A DNA stretch of 64,000 nt, from contig NIVC01000353.1 in NCBI GenBank assembly GCA_002269645.1, positions 372,001 through 436,000 on the forward strand. The letters are read 5' to 3'. Of the stretch, positions 1 through 50,504 are shown one piece after another. The number at the start of each line of letters is the position of its first letter. Position 1 is the stretch's first letter. The translations under genes were made by a program, and so were the position numbers. Below the pieces are notes generated by a model. The model did no database searches. It was not told the origin of the DNA and saw nothing but the letters and a program-made list of their open reading frames with translations. This stretch comes from Macrostomum lignano. Taxonomy: Eukaryota.

Positions 1-39
1 AATGAGTGGCGTTTGGCTGCATTAACCCTCAGGTAAAGT

Positions 40-38246
<38,207 letters not shown>

Positions 38247-38939
38247 CTCGCGCCGACGACAGGACTCCACCTCCGGTAGATTGAAATTCTATTTAGTCTC
38301 GAATGTCTTTGCAATTCAATTCTGTTTCTCGGGCAGTGGTCAAACGATTATACAGCAACAGAATTCTTCCTATCCTTTCTTTGTCAAAAAGTTTTGCCTT
38401 AAAAAGAGAAAAGGTAGATAGATAGAGAGAGAGAGGGAGTCAAACAGATGAAGGGGGTTGCGTGAGTCGCTCTGCCTCTTTTAGAAGCTTTAATAGCCTA
38501 CACCCGGTGGTCTGGCATTCGAGAAGTGTAGGCAGCGCAGCGACGCTCGAGAGGCCCGGGGAAGGAGGGTGAGGAGTAGATCTGCTGGAGAGTTCTTTTG
38601 CTCGAATAGAATCTCTCTGCCCCTGTTGCTCAGGAATTTTTCAGGACAATGGCGAGTTTGCTACCTGCCTTGGAGGGGGCGGCGGCCCAGCCAGTCACGA
38701 CGGCAGCTGGAATGTCTTGGGCGAGGCAGTTATTGTTTTTGCAGATTCAACGGGTTGAGTTGGCCGGTTCGTTTCTGTGGGGTGGGCTAAAATGAATTCA
38801 TTTTATCTTCAATTGAAGCCTATTTCTTTTCTGCTTTGCCTGTGGATTGCTTGGCAGGCTGGCAAGGCCGGCTCTGATTGGCTGATGAGTGGCGACCAAT
38901 TGCGGGGTTGAGTTCGGGCAGTCATGGCCCGCTGATCTG

Positions 38940-39600
38940 CCAGTCTGTCTGCCTGCCTGTCTGTCTGCCTGCCTGCCTGCCTGTCTGTCTGTCTGCCTGT
39001 CTGTCTGTCTGCCTGTCTGCCTGTCTGTCTGTGTGCCAGTCTGTCTGCCTGCCAGTCTGTCTGTCTGTCTGTCTGTCTGCCTGCCTGCCAGTCTGTCTGT
39101 CTGTCCGTCTGTCTGCCTGTCTGTCTGTCTGTCTGCCTGTCCGTCTGCCTGCCTGTCTGTCTGCCTGCCTGTCTGTCTGCCTGACTGTCTGCCTGTCTGT
39201 CTGCCTGTCTGTCTGCCTGTCTGTATGCCTGCCTGTCTGTCTGCCTGCCTGTCTGCCTGTCTGCCTGCCTTGCCTGTCTGTCTGTGTGTCTGTCTGTGTG
39301 TCTTTCTGTCTGTCTGTCTGCCTGTCTGTCTGTCTGTCTGTCTGTCTGCCTGCCTGTCTGTCTGTCTGTCTGTCTGTCTGCCTGTCTGTCTGTCTGCCTG
39401 CCTGTCTGTCTGCCTGCCTGTCTGCCTGTCTGTCTGTCTGTCTGCCTGTCTGTCTGTCTGCCTGCCTGTCTGTCTGTCTGCCTGCCTGTCTGTCTGTCTG
39501 CCTGCCTGTCTGTCTGCCTGACTGTCTGCCTGTCTGTCTGCCTGTCTGTCTGCCTGTCTGTATGCCTGCCTGTCTGTCTGCCTGCCTGTCTGTCTGTCAC
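38940..39600. repeat. (TGTC/TGCC)n microsatellite
   Basis: Direct reading; lies upstream of the MEGF6 ATG. Confidence 0.95.
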
Positions 39601-40436
39601 ACATTTTGACGCCTAGTGCAAGTAAAAAATTAATTGCATATTGTGGCGGCCAGACAGTACGCGACTGGCAGCACCAGTGCAGCCGCACTGGAAATCCCCC
39701 AACCTCTGTCTAGCTGAGGTGGGGTGGGTGCGCACCTAGCTAGCCGGCTCGCTAAGCCGGGGGGGTTGGCGTAGCCTATCACGTCACGCCACCTTTTCGC
39801 ACCTCCCTAGGCCCCTCAATATCGCGCTGTTTGTGTAAATATAAATATACGCGCAAAGCAGCGCAAAATCTTCGCTGCCATTCCATCTATTGAACTGAAA
39901 AGGCCTTCCGCCTCAATATTGATTTTGTAATCCGTAGAGAAATCTGTAGAGAAAACTCAGAGCTCATAAAAAGGCAACGGTTTATCGCGTGGGCTGATGA
40001 TTCTGCTGCAGCAGAAGTTCGTGTTGGCGTGTGAAAACTGAAAGAGTTTCCTAAGCAGCTGGAGCGGAAACCTCTGTGGGAGGGCCCGATGTCTCAGTTT
40101 TCATTCATGCAGCAGTTTGTGAATTTTATTTGTCCTTAGAAGAGAATCTGTTCTTATTTTGGAATGCGCAAACTGTGAGTGTTGGAGAAATACTCGAAAT
40201 AGCAGCCTGCGCATCAACTGCTGCGTTAAACTTTTCCGGTACACTCTTATATTACAGAGATATATTGCATAGCTGCTTGCACGTGAAGATGCTTAGTAAG
40301 ACATTATAGTACAGATAATAAAAACACATTAATTGGTTGAATTAGTTTCACCACGCTCTACTCATTGAAAAGTTGTTCGGTAGACAAGGAGAAACAAAGA
40401 ATAGCGCAGATTGGGTTCAGAATTGGTGAATTGGTG

Positions 40437-41150
40437 AAGAGAGGAGAGGAGAGGAGAGGAGAAGAGAGGAGAGAGATTAGAGAGGAGAGAGAAGAGAGGA
40501 GAGGAGAGAGGAGAGAGAAGAGAGGAGAGGAGAGAGGAGAGAGAAGAGAGGAGAGGAGAGAGGAGAGAGAAGAGAGGAGAGGAGAGGAGAGGAGAGGAGA
40601 GGAGAGGAGAGGAGAGGAGAGGAGAGGAGAGGAGAGGAGAGGAGAGGAGAAGAGAGGAGAGAGATTAGAGAGGAGAGAGAAGAGAGGAGAGGAGAGAGGA
40701 GAGAGAAGAGAGGAGAGGAGAGGAGAGGAGAGGAGAGGAGAGGAGAGGAGAGGAGAGGAGAGGAGAGGAGAAGAGAGGAGAGAGATTAGAGAGGAGAGAG
40801 AAGAGAGGAGAGGAGAGAGGAGAGAGAAGAGAGGAGAGGAGAGGAGAGGAGAGGAGAGGAGAGGAGAGGAGAGGAGAGGAGAGAGAAGAGAGGAGAGGAG
40901 AGAGAAGAGAGGAGAGGAGAGGAGAGAGAAAAGAGGAGAGGAGAGAGAAAAGAGGAGAGGAGAGGAGAGGAGAGGAGAGGAGAGGAGAGGAGAGGAGAGG
41001 AGAGGAGAGGAGAGGAGAGGAGAGGAGAGGAGAGGAGAGGAGAGGAGAGGAGAGGAGAGGAGAGGAGAGGAGAGGAGAGGAGAGGAGAGGAGAGGAGAGG
41101 AGAGGAGAGGAGAGGAGAGGAGAAGAGAGGAGAGTGAAGACAGGAGAGGA
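40437..41150. repeat. (GAGAG)n / GAGGA pentamer polypurine tract
   Basis: Direct reading. Confidence 0.95.
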
Positions 41151-41959
41151 GAGGAGGGGAATTGACAGAGGAGACTGGATAGCAGACATTCGCAGGCCTG
41201 GTGACTATCACTGATTTGTTTAATTCCGCCTAAGAAATTTGAATGCCTGGCCATGCGAGCGCAGACATAACAGCCAATTTATTCTTATATCTAAATGTAT
41301 CGAATCTACCAGTATGAGCGCAGTATAAACTTGGAAGAGCAAAAAATGATGATATGTATCTCACTCACTCAATCTCAGCAGAGCTAAAAGCTAAAAAAAC
41401 ATCTAGCTAGTCCAAAGGCCCAAGAAGGTCCCCATTGGAGTTATTTTTCGTTAGGAATTTTATTAGGTACCATATTGCGACTCCAAGCCAAAACTAACCA
41501 CGATCGAAAACGCGACGCGCACAATACACTCTACAGCGCAAAACCTGTAATAGAAACAGTCAAAGGCGAGTTGCCGACAAAAAGAACAGCAAACCCCCTC
41601 ACCCAAGCCGAATTCTATTACGTTGAAGTGAAAAAATTGAATAGCAATTTCATAGTTTTACTGCCAATTTTCTAGCGAGCTATAAACTGCCGTAAGTTTT
41701 TATTATAGTGGGGCTCAGATTGGCTTGTTGCCGATGGGAAAATTCGCCAATGCAAATGCTAATTAGCTGTAGCTCTGCTATGGAACTGCGTTTTATTATA
41801 TTTTGCTTCTGGCTGCGCAAATCTAGCAAACTGGTTGATTTTAGCTACTGATAGTATAAAGTATAGAGTTTTTTGTTTAAAATTTTCGTATAATATGAGT
41901 GACAACAAACAAGTAAAGAAAGCAGAGATGCTGCTAGTAAAAGCAGCGACGTTAATCAC

Positions 41960-42800
41960 ACAGTGCCTGTGGCGTTAAAATGAGTGCCTGTGGCGTTAAA
42001 ATGAGTGCCTGCGGCGCTAAAATGAGTGCCTGCGGCGCTAAAATGAGTGCCTGCGGCGCTAAAATGAGTGCCTGCGGCGCCAAAATGAGTGCCTGTGGCG
42101 TTAAAATGAGTGCCTGCGGCGCTAAAATGAGTGCCTGTGGCGCTAAAATGAGTGCTTGCGGAGCTGAAATGAGTGCCTGCGGAGCTGAAATGAGTGCCTG
42201 CGGAGCTAAAATGAGTGCCTGCGGAGCTGAAATGAGTGCCTGCGGCGCTAAAATGAGTGCCTGTGGCGCTAAAATGAGTGTCTGTGGCGCTAAAATGAGT
42301 GTCTGTGGCGCTAAAATGAGTGCCTGCGGCGCTAAAATGAGTGCCTGCGGCGCCAAAATGAGTGCCTGCGGCGCTAAAATGAGTGCCTGCGGCGCTAAAA
42401 TGAGTGCCTGTGGCGCTAAAATGAGTGCTTGCGGAGCTGAAATGAGTGCCTGCGGAGCTGAAATGAGTGCCTGCGGAGCTAAAATGAGTGCCTGCGGAGC
42501 TGAAATGAGTGCCTGCGGCGCTAAAATGAGTGCCTGTGGCGCTAAAATGAGTGTCTGTGGCGCTAAAATGAGTGTCTGTGGCGCTAAAATGAGTGCCTGC
42601 GGAGCTAAAATGAGTGCCTGCGGAGCTGAAATGAGTGCCTGCGGCGCTAAAATGAGTGCCTGTGGCGCTAAAATGAGTGTCTGTGGCGCTAAAATGGGTG
42701 TCTGTGGCGCTAAAATGAGTGCCTGTGGCGCTAAAATGAGTGTCTGTGGCGCTAAAATGAGTGTCTGTCGCGCTAAAATGGGTGTCTGTGGCGATAAAAT
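41960..42800. repeat. 21-bp minisatellite AAAATGAGTGCCTGCGGCGCT
   Basis: About 40 copies with variant patterning. Confidence 0.96.
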
Positions 42801-43084
42801 CCGGCCTTAACAACACAGATTCCTTAAAATAATACGAGTATGTGAAGTTTTCATTTAGTGATCTTGGTTTTGTACCTCAATCATCAGGGGCTAGCGGAAT
42901 GGGCGATCCTTGCCTCCCCACTGTGTCTACGGACCACCCTGCAGCTAAGTCAAGTCAAGTACCTCAATCATAAAATTCTTGACAACGCCTCTGATGTGCA
43001 GGATGAGCATATTTTGCTGATGAGAAAGTTCGGTAATTCAACTCAATTTAGAATTGCATGGCAGAATATCATAGCAGTATCGTC

Positions 43085-43680
43085 TTGGAGTGAAGGGGCG
43101 GATACCGAGTGATTGAAGAACGGATGAAGGCGGCGGATGAAGGGATGCTGAAGGGGTGGATACCGAGCGATTGAAGGGCGGATGAAGGGATGCTGAAGGC
43201 GTGGATACCGAGCAATTGAAGGGCGGATGAATGAATGCTGAAGGGGTGGATACCGAGCGATTGAAGGGCGGATGAAGGGATGCTGAAGGGGCGGATACCG
43301 AGCGATTGAAGGGCGGATGAAGGGATGCTGAAGGGGCGGATACCGAGCGATTGAAGGGCGGATGAAGGGATGCTGAAGGGGCGGATACCGAGCGATTGAA
43401 GGGCGGATGAAGGGATGCTGAAGGGGCGGATACCGAGCGATTGAAGGGCGGATGAAAGGATGCTGAAGGGGCGGATACCGAGCGATTGAAGGGCGGATGA
43501 AGGGATGCTGAAGGGGCGGATACCGAGCGATTGAAGGGCGGATGAAGGGATGCTGAAGGGGCGGATACCGAGCGATTGAAGGGCGGATGAAGGGATGCTG
43601 AAGGGGCGGATACCGAGCGATTGAAGGACGGATGAAGGGATGCTGAAGGGGCGGATACCGAGAGGTTGAAGGGATGAATT
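43085..43680. repeat. 45-bp minisatellite GAAGGGGCGGATACCGAGCGATTGAAGGGCGGATGAAGGGATGCT
   Basis: About 13 copies. Confidence 0.95.
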
Positions 43681-43832
43681 AAGGGATGCATCACGTTAAA
43701 AATCACGATAAAGGACATATGTAAACAGTAGAGGGACTGTTAATTTAAATGACTATATTCACAACATATACTGTTAACATGAAACTTTCAAAGTTCCATA
43801 TGTACTTTCCATAAAAATAGTCAATCGATAAA

Positions 43833-44408
43833 TCAGTAAAACGACCCGCCGCTGACGCCACCGCCGCCACTTCCACCGACGCCAGAGCGACCGGAAATGT
43901 CGTTATAGTCGGTGCAGCTCTCGCCGAATCCGCCACCGCCTCCGCCGCCGCCGCTTCCAGAGGCGTAGAAATGCGACCCGTGCTGCTGATGGCGCTTATT
44001 CTTCCGAAAGCCTTGCATAGCAACAGATAGAGCGGCTGTTGAGGATGAACCGGCGGCGCCTCCCCCGCTGCCGCCATTGCCGGAAATGTTGCTCAAATCC
44101 ACTCCAATGTTGCCATGGCTACGATTGCCCGGAGACGAGGAAGTTCCGGCGCCGCTGCTAGTTGCCATGGCGCCACTATTCGGTACAGAGTTGCCATGCC
44201 AACGGCCATTCTTTCTTCGGTGATGATAGCGAATGAATGAGATTAACAGGCAGGCTATAAACAGGATGGCTAGGGTGAGGTGGGCGAGCCACACCGGTCT
44301 GGGAGCTGACTGAGGCGGCGGTCTTGCAGTTGTCAATCCGGCATTGACTTGAGCTGTTGCTGCCGCAGTTGTTGCGCTTGTCTGCCACCGATCCGATGTG
44401 GTCGGCAT
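43833..44408 (-). CDS. Uncharacterised intronless single-pass membrane protein (191 aa)
   Basis: MPTTSDRWQ...; hydrophobic segment VWLAHLTLAILFIACLLISFI followed by basic RYHHRRK, then a Gly/Ser-rich tail ending GGSFY. GC-rich island among AT-rich flanks; no family recognised. Confidence 0.6.
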   Translation of the reverse strand: MPTTSDRWQTSATTAAATAQVNAGLTTARPPPQSAPRPVWLAHLTLAILFIACLLISFIRYHHRRKNGRWHGNSVPNSGAMATSSGAGTSSSPGNRSHGNIGVDLSNISGNGGSGGGAAGSSSTAALSVAMQGFRKNKRHQQHGSHFYASGSGGGGGGGGFGESCTDYNDISGRSGVGGSGGGGVSGGSFY

Positions 44409-45134
44409 GTTAGAGGAAAAAAATGATAATAATAACAATCCAATCTTTCCATGAAAGAATATGAGCCCGCATTTTATGAGCGTTGTAGCTGTAGCTGGAG
44501 AATAGCTGAGCAGATCGTCGACAAGAACTGAGATTGGCTGACTGCCATAGAGAGACGGGGGATGGAGAAGAGGGGGAAAGGAAGGATCGTAGATGCAGCT
44601 ATAGCGAGTCGTTGGAGGAAGGATTTTTAGGGCGTGGCCTCAAGCGACATTGCGGCATCATTATCAGACAGACAGATTTGTGCGATAGGCCCGCGATGCA
44701 ATGAGACGGAGAGCGGGAGAGCGGGAGAGAGAGAGAGAGCGGAGAAGGCAGATTCCATCGCAAATGGTCTAAATGGCAATGCCAGTTACAGATATGGCGG
44801 CTGCTACAATGCACTCACATGGGCGGAAATATACAGTAGCAGATGACTGACTAAAGGCTAAATGGATGACTGTTTATCATGTAAGTGATTGGAAGTATGG
44901 AGGTTTGTCTTCAAAATATATGCTCAACAGAAATGGTTGCGTGCATGCGGTCGAGATGGGAGAGGGGACAATGCTGAACGATCGAAGCTATAGTATATAG
45001 TACAGATGGGTTTAGCTTGATGAAGCTGCATCATAGAGACTTCTGCGATTGTGTACCACCATTCAATTGCGTTTATAATGCAGTCAGTCAAGGCGGCATG
45101 CTTGAGTAAAAAAGTGAAGAACACTGACTTAGCG

Positions 45135-45645
45135 AGAGCTGGAGAAGGCTGGACAGAGAGTGTGTTGGACAGAGCTGGAGAAAGCTGGACAGAGTGTTTG
45201 TTGGACAGAGCTGGAGAAGGCTGGACAGAGTGTGTGTTGGACACAGCTGGAGAAGGCTGGACAGAGAGTGTGTGTGTTGGACAGAGCTGGAGAAAGCTGG
45301 ACAGAGAGTGTGTGTGTTGGACAGAGCTGGAGAAAGCTGGACAGAGTGTGTGTGTTGGACAGAGCTGGAGAAAGCTGGACAGAGAGTGTGTGTTGGACAC
45401 AGCTGGAGAAGGCTGGACAGAGAGTGTGTGTTGGACACAGCTGGAGAAGGCTGGACAGAGAGTGTGTGTGTTGGACAGAGCTGGAGAAAGCTGGACAGAG
45501 AGTGTGTGTTGGACACAGCTGGAGAAGGCTGGACAGAGAGTGTGTGTTGGACACAGCTGGAGAAGGCTGGACAGAGAGTGTGTGTGTTGGACAGAGCTGG
45601 AGAAGGCTGGACAGAGAGTGTGTGTGTTGGACAGAGCTGGAGAAG
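45135..45645. repeat. 36-40-bp minisatellite A(G/C)AGCTGGAGAAGGCTGGACAGAGAGTGTGTGTTGGAC
   Basis: About 13 copies; unit length varies through the (GT)n run. Confidence 0.95.
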
Positions 45646-46455
45646 TTTTAGTGTATGCTGAGAGTGCTTAGAGGAAACAAGAAAGAATCGGAGGGCTAAA
45701 GTGAAGAATTTGCGTGTTGAGAGACAGATGGTCAGCGTGTGTAGCACAATTATAATCAAGCGGCGGAGTTTCTCTAACCAACTCGAGCCAGAACCGCGCC
45801 GTTATGCATTAACAGATGGAGAGGGAGGGAGAGAGATCAGAGAACGTGACGGAAGTGAAATCGCGCACAAGGTAGGTGGGAAAGGAGAGATCAGTGCAGT
45901 GCCACAGGGCGTACGAGTAAGAACGCCTCACTGCATCACGTTTTAATGAAAGACTAGGCCCAAACCTCTCTAGAAAATAAACAGAGGATGGAATAATAAG
46001 CTAAGCACGAGTCACGGGATTCAGACTCTAAAGCGTCTGGGAGGAAAAAATGTAAAAAATCATTTCTCCTAGACTTTTATGTTACGAAAGAACTCTAAAA
46101 AGAACCAATTGAAGAGGGCAAATAGACCGTCCTATAAAAAGGCCTTTAAGCAAACAAATAGGTAAAAAACTCATCGAGTGAGTCTTCTATTCGACAGTTC
46201 AATTGTATTGTACACAAGCACTATTGAGCTTTCTTTTAGAGGTACTGACTGGAAAGTCATAAGTGGATTTTTGCCGGATCTGCTGCATGGAAGCAGACAC
46301 ATCTTAAGTCTCAGTCAGTCACAGCAGTTAAAAGTAAAGTAAGGAGAAAAAATTGTGGAGAAGGAAGGAGCGCTAAGAATGAAAAACGGATGCACTCATA
46401 AAAGCGCGTTATTTAAGCCAGAAAAATTTGTATGTGAAGGTCGTACAAGCGTAAA

Positions 46456-46567
46456 GAGGCGAGAGAAGAGGGGAGAGAGGAGAGGAGACGGGAGAAGAGA
46501 GCTGAGAAGAGACAAACCTTGAGCAGGCTGCGGGACTGATTGCTATTGTGGAAGTTTTATCGGATCC
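46456..46567 (-). mobile_element. Short reverse-oriented copy of the Charlie-like MITE core
   Basis: Reverse complement reads GGATCC..AAAACTTCCACAATAGCAATC..GCTCAAGGTTTGTCTCTTCTC followed by a short CT tract. Confidence 0.5.
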
Positions 46568-47104
46568 ACTCTGCCTCTATCTCTCTCTCCCTCTCTATCT
46601 CCCTTCTATCTCCTCTTTACTTCTCCAAGGCCGCGCCAACCCCTAGAGTATACGATTTCCATTGGAAAAGGCCAATTTTAATTGAGGACTGGAACCGTGG
46701 ATGTACATCAATCGATTTAGTAGACGAATCAATGTACATTGCCTGCATTGACTGCGGCGCTGCGAAGAGGAAGGGGAGGGACGTCGGGGGAACAAAACCC
46801 GTAGAAAAATGTATGTACATTGTCTGCACGTACAGTGCGGGGGGAGAGAACGGAATTTATTTAGACGCGCGTCGGGGAAGGAAAATTAGTGAGGGGCAGG
46901 GTTGGGTCTAAAAACGGATCGATAACGGAGCGAACAAGCAGAAGCTACGAATAAACTGAGTACATCGCCCACCATTTGTACACCAACGACAGAAAGAAAC
47001 TAGAGAAGCAAGACAAATGACCAAATAAAGCAGGAAACTGGGGAAAGTGCAAATATAGTTCTACATGTACAAAAATGGAGAATCAATCGACAATAGGCTT
47101 GCGG

Positions 47105-47515
47105 TAGGAATCCCGGAGGTTCCTCAATCCCGGCTCAATCCCGGTATTGGGTTACCAATACCAAATGAAAAACGCAAAAAAAAGCATGTTTGGTTTTCTC
47201 CTAACGCTCGATTCAGAGAACTTCCTTTTGTCCTTTAGTGCAGTCATCAGCGTTGAACGCTAAAAAATAAGTATCAGCGTTGTATTGCAAAATGGTAGCT
47301 AGCAGCACAAAACTTTTGCCGCTTGACAAGTCACGAAGAATCACTCCGATCCCGGGATTGGCATCGGGATTGCGAGGCCCAAATCCCGGGATCCCAGCAG
47401 TCGCAAAAATGGCGCAAATCATGGAATCCCGGAAGTTCCAAAAAGTTGCCCGAATCCCGGAAGTCGTAATCGTAAAAATTGTCCAAATCCGAAGAATCCT
47501 GGATTGGGATCACTA
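47105..47515. mobile_element. hAT-like non-autonomous element (MITE, 411 bp)
   Basis: Ends TAGGAATCCC / GGGATCACTA (8/10 inverted match); flanks GCTTGCGG and GCTTGCAG (8-bp TSD, 1 mismatch); many subterminal ATCCCGG/CCGGGAT motifs. Confidence 0.7.
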
Positions 47516-47595
47516 GCTTGCAGACAAGAATCCTGGATTGGGATCACTAGCTTGCAGACAAGAATCCTGGATTGGGATCACTAGCTTGCAGACAA
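47494..47595. repeat. Three perfect 34-bp tandem copies GAATCCTGGATTGGGATCACTAGCTTGCAGACAA
   Basis: The unit spans the MITE right end, the TSD and 4 bp of flank. Confidence 0.95.
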
Positions 47596-48489
47596 GAAAC
47601 TGCTAGCATAGCATGAGTGGAATCTATACCAACTCACCCGTGACCATGCAAGCGCTATGAAAGCTCATAGCGCATAGAAGGCCGTTAGTAATTCCATTAT
47701 AATTTATGCGAAATGAAGCTAGATAGAAAGCAGTATTGTATAGGCAGTAGCTAAAAAATGGATCAAAGCCTCCTCTTTCTTCTGAACTTATTTAAATTAA
47801 TTGGATTCGAAAAGCATATTGAAAGTTCTGCCGAGGTTTTTGAAGATCAGAGAGACCGAAGTATACTCCCTCAGAGCCAATAGACAAAGCATATCCCTGG
47901 ACAGAAATTTTTCATCGGCAAAAATGTTTTTTATTCAAGCAGAAAAAGAAAATACGAACTCGCGCTTAGCGTAAATGATAGAAAATCTATTTGGCTGGCA
48001 ACCAAAGTCATATCAAAGTCAAGTCGAATAAGAGTCGAATCTGACGCTAAATCCTTCTCAGATTGCTTTCGAGTGAGAGTTCAGTAATAACCCGAAGCTG
48101 AAAGCGTCAATTAATCTGCTTAAGTGACTCTCGAACGTACCTAGTCTACCTCATCTAAAAGGTAGGGCCAAAAGCTATAAATCACTATATCCGCTTCTTC
48201 AAAGGGAAGGGGATCTCCTGCGACTGGCTCCGTTATTTTTGTCTCCGGCTTAATTCTTGTTGCGAATGGCGTCCATCAGATTAGTTCTTAAGTCCAGCCA
48301 ATAAACGTAGCCTTTTCCAGTAGCGCCAAAGCAGTTTAGCTGGTGCACTATAAATGTCCCAAACTGCTGCAAACAGCGCCCAAAATACCCAAACTGGCGC
48401 ATCCTGATAACACAACATCACGACACTTCCTGACGCTAAAAATGGCGCTTAAACCCAATCATAAACTATCCGTCCTGAGAAGCCCAATC

Positions 48490-49890
48490 CGTTCCTTCTG
48501 ACACCCCTAAACTGTTCCTTCTGACACCCCTAAAAACTGTTCCTTCTGACACCCCGAAACTGTTCCTTTTGACACCCCTAAAAACTGTTCCTTCTGACAC
48601 CCCGAAACTGTTCCTTCTGACACCCCGAAACTGTTCCTTTTAACACCCCTAAAAACTGTTCCTTCTGACACCCCGAAACTGTTCCTTCTGACACCCCGAA
48701 ACTGTTCCTTCTGACACCCCTAAACTGTTCCTTCTGACACCCCTAAACCGTTCCTTCTGACACCCCTAAACTGTTGCTTCTGACACCCCTAAAAACTGTT
48801 CCTTCTGACACCCCTAAAAACTGTTCCTTCTGACACCCCTAAACTGTTGCTTCTGACACCCCTAAAAACTGTTCCTTCTGACACCCCTAAACTGTTACTT
48901 CTGACACCCCTAAACCGTTCCTTCTGACACCCCCAAAAACTGTTCCTTCTGACACCCCGAAACTGTTCCTTCTGACACCCCGAAACTGTTCCTTCTGACA
49001 CCCCGAAACTGTTCCTTCTGACACCCCGAAACTGTTCCTTCTGACACCCCTAAACTGTTGCTTCTGACACCCCTAAAAACTGTTCCTTCTGACACCCCTA
49101 AAAACTGTTCCTTCTGACACCCCTAAACTGTTGCTTCTGACACCCCTAAAAACTGTTCCTTCTGACACCCCTAAACTGTTACTTCTGACACCCCTAAACC
49201 TAAACTGTTCCTTCTGACACCCCTAAACTGTTCCTTCTGACACCCCGAAACTGTTCCTTTTGACACCTTTAAACTCTACCTTCTGACACCCTAAACTGTC
49301 TCTTCCGACATCCCCAAACTGTCTCCTGACACCCTCAAACTGTCTCTCTTGACACCTTCAAACCGTCTCTCTTGAGACCTCCAAACCGTCTCTCTTGAGA
49401 CCTCCAAACCGTCTCTCTTGAGACCTCCAAACCGTCTCTCTTGAGACCTCCAAACCGTCTCTCTTGAGACCTCCAAACCGTCTCTCTTGAGACCTCCAAA
49501 CCGTCTCTCTTGAGACCTCCAAACCGTCTCTCTTGAGACCTCCAAACCGTCTCTCTTGAGACCTCCAAACCGTCTCTCTTGAGACCTCCAAACCGTCTCT
49601 CTTGAGACCTCCAAACCGTCTCTCTTGAGACCTCCAAACCGTCTCTCTTGAGACCTCCAAACCGTCTCTCTTGAGACCTCCAAACCGTCTCTCTTGAGAC
49701 CTCCAAACCGTCTCTCTTGAGACCTCCAAACCGTCTCTCTTGAGACCTCCAAACCGTCTCTCTTGACATCTCCAAACTGTCTCTCTTGAGACCTCCAAAC
49801 CGTCTCTCTTGACATCTCCAAACTGTCTCTCTTGAGACCTCCAAACCGTCTCTCTTGAGACCTCCAAACCGTCTCTCTTGAGACCTCCAA
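48490..49890. repeat. Two related 23-bp arrays: AAACTGTTCCTTCTGACACCCCT (48490-49300) and AAACCGTCTCTCTTGAGACCTCC (49350-49890)
   Basis: Homologous units joined by intermediates at ~49290-49360. Confidence 0.95.
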
Positions 49891-50072
49891 ACTTTTCCAA
49901 AAAATAAGAGTACATCGAATACAGCTATATACAATCCGTTTAATAAATATAAAACTCACCAAATAACCAATACTAGGTCAGCAAAGGTCAAACAGAATCA
50001 AATGCATTTGTATTTACACATAAAAGCATCAATTATTGTCCTATTAATTACCGTTAACTGCAAAAAAATAGA

Positions 50073-50504
50073 TTAGTCAGCTGAATCCTGGCCACAACTT
50101 GTCGCTTCATTTTCCCATTCAATGAGGCCAAATCCGACCTCTTCTTTTTTGAAGCAATTTGCTGCATTTCTGATAGCCTCAGATAGAGAGTTGAGCAGAT
50201 CGCTAGGACAGTGCTGCACCCACCGGCAGGTGTCTGTCACAGTCAGGTAATTAACGCCAGCGTAGCCTTCAACACTCGATAATAATCGTTCTAATCGAAT
50301 TAAGCAATCAAGCGTTAGAAGCTTGTTGCTAAGAACGCCGGCAGTATCCATGGCAACTAATTGGCATAGTTGCCAATTGCGCAACAGACTGTAGGCTAAT
50401 AGGCGACGATAGCAGGAGCGGAGCAGCTGCGGCACTGAGGTCAAGGGGCACTGGCAGGACAGGCAGGCTGCCTGGGTGAGAATTGTCCTGGCAGATTCAG
50501 GAGT
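50073..50504 (-). CDS. SHQ1: SHQ1 exon 4 (terminal)
   Basis: TPESARTILTQAACLSC...RSCYRRLLAYSLLRNW...CRWVQ...SAD*. Confidence 0.85.
   Translation of the reverse strand, partial: TPESARTILTQAACLSCQCPLTSVPQLLRSCYRRLLAYSLLRNWQLCQLVAMDTAGVLSNKLLTLDCLIRLERLLSSVEGYAGVNYLTVTDTCRWVQHCPSDLLNSLSEAIRNAANCFKKEEVGFGLIEWENEATSCGQDSAD

Noticed and set aside
39994-40040. Hammerhead ribozyme (CTGATGA followed by the perfect hairpin TTCTGCTGCAGCAGAA)
   Set aside because: The required GAAA does not follow stem II, and I could not form stems I and III.
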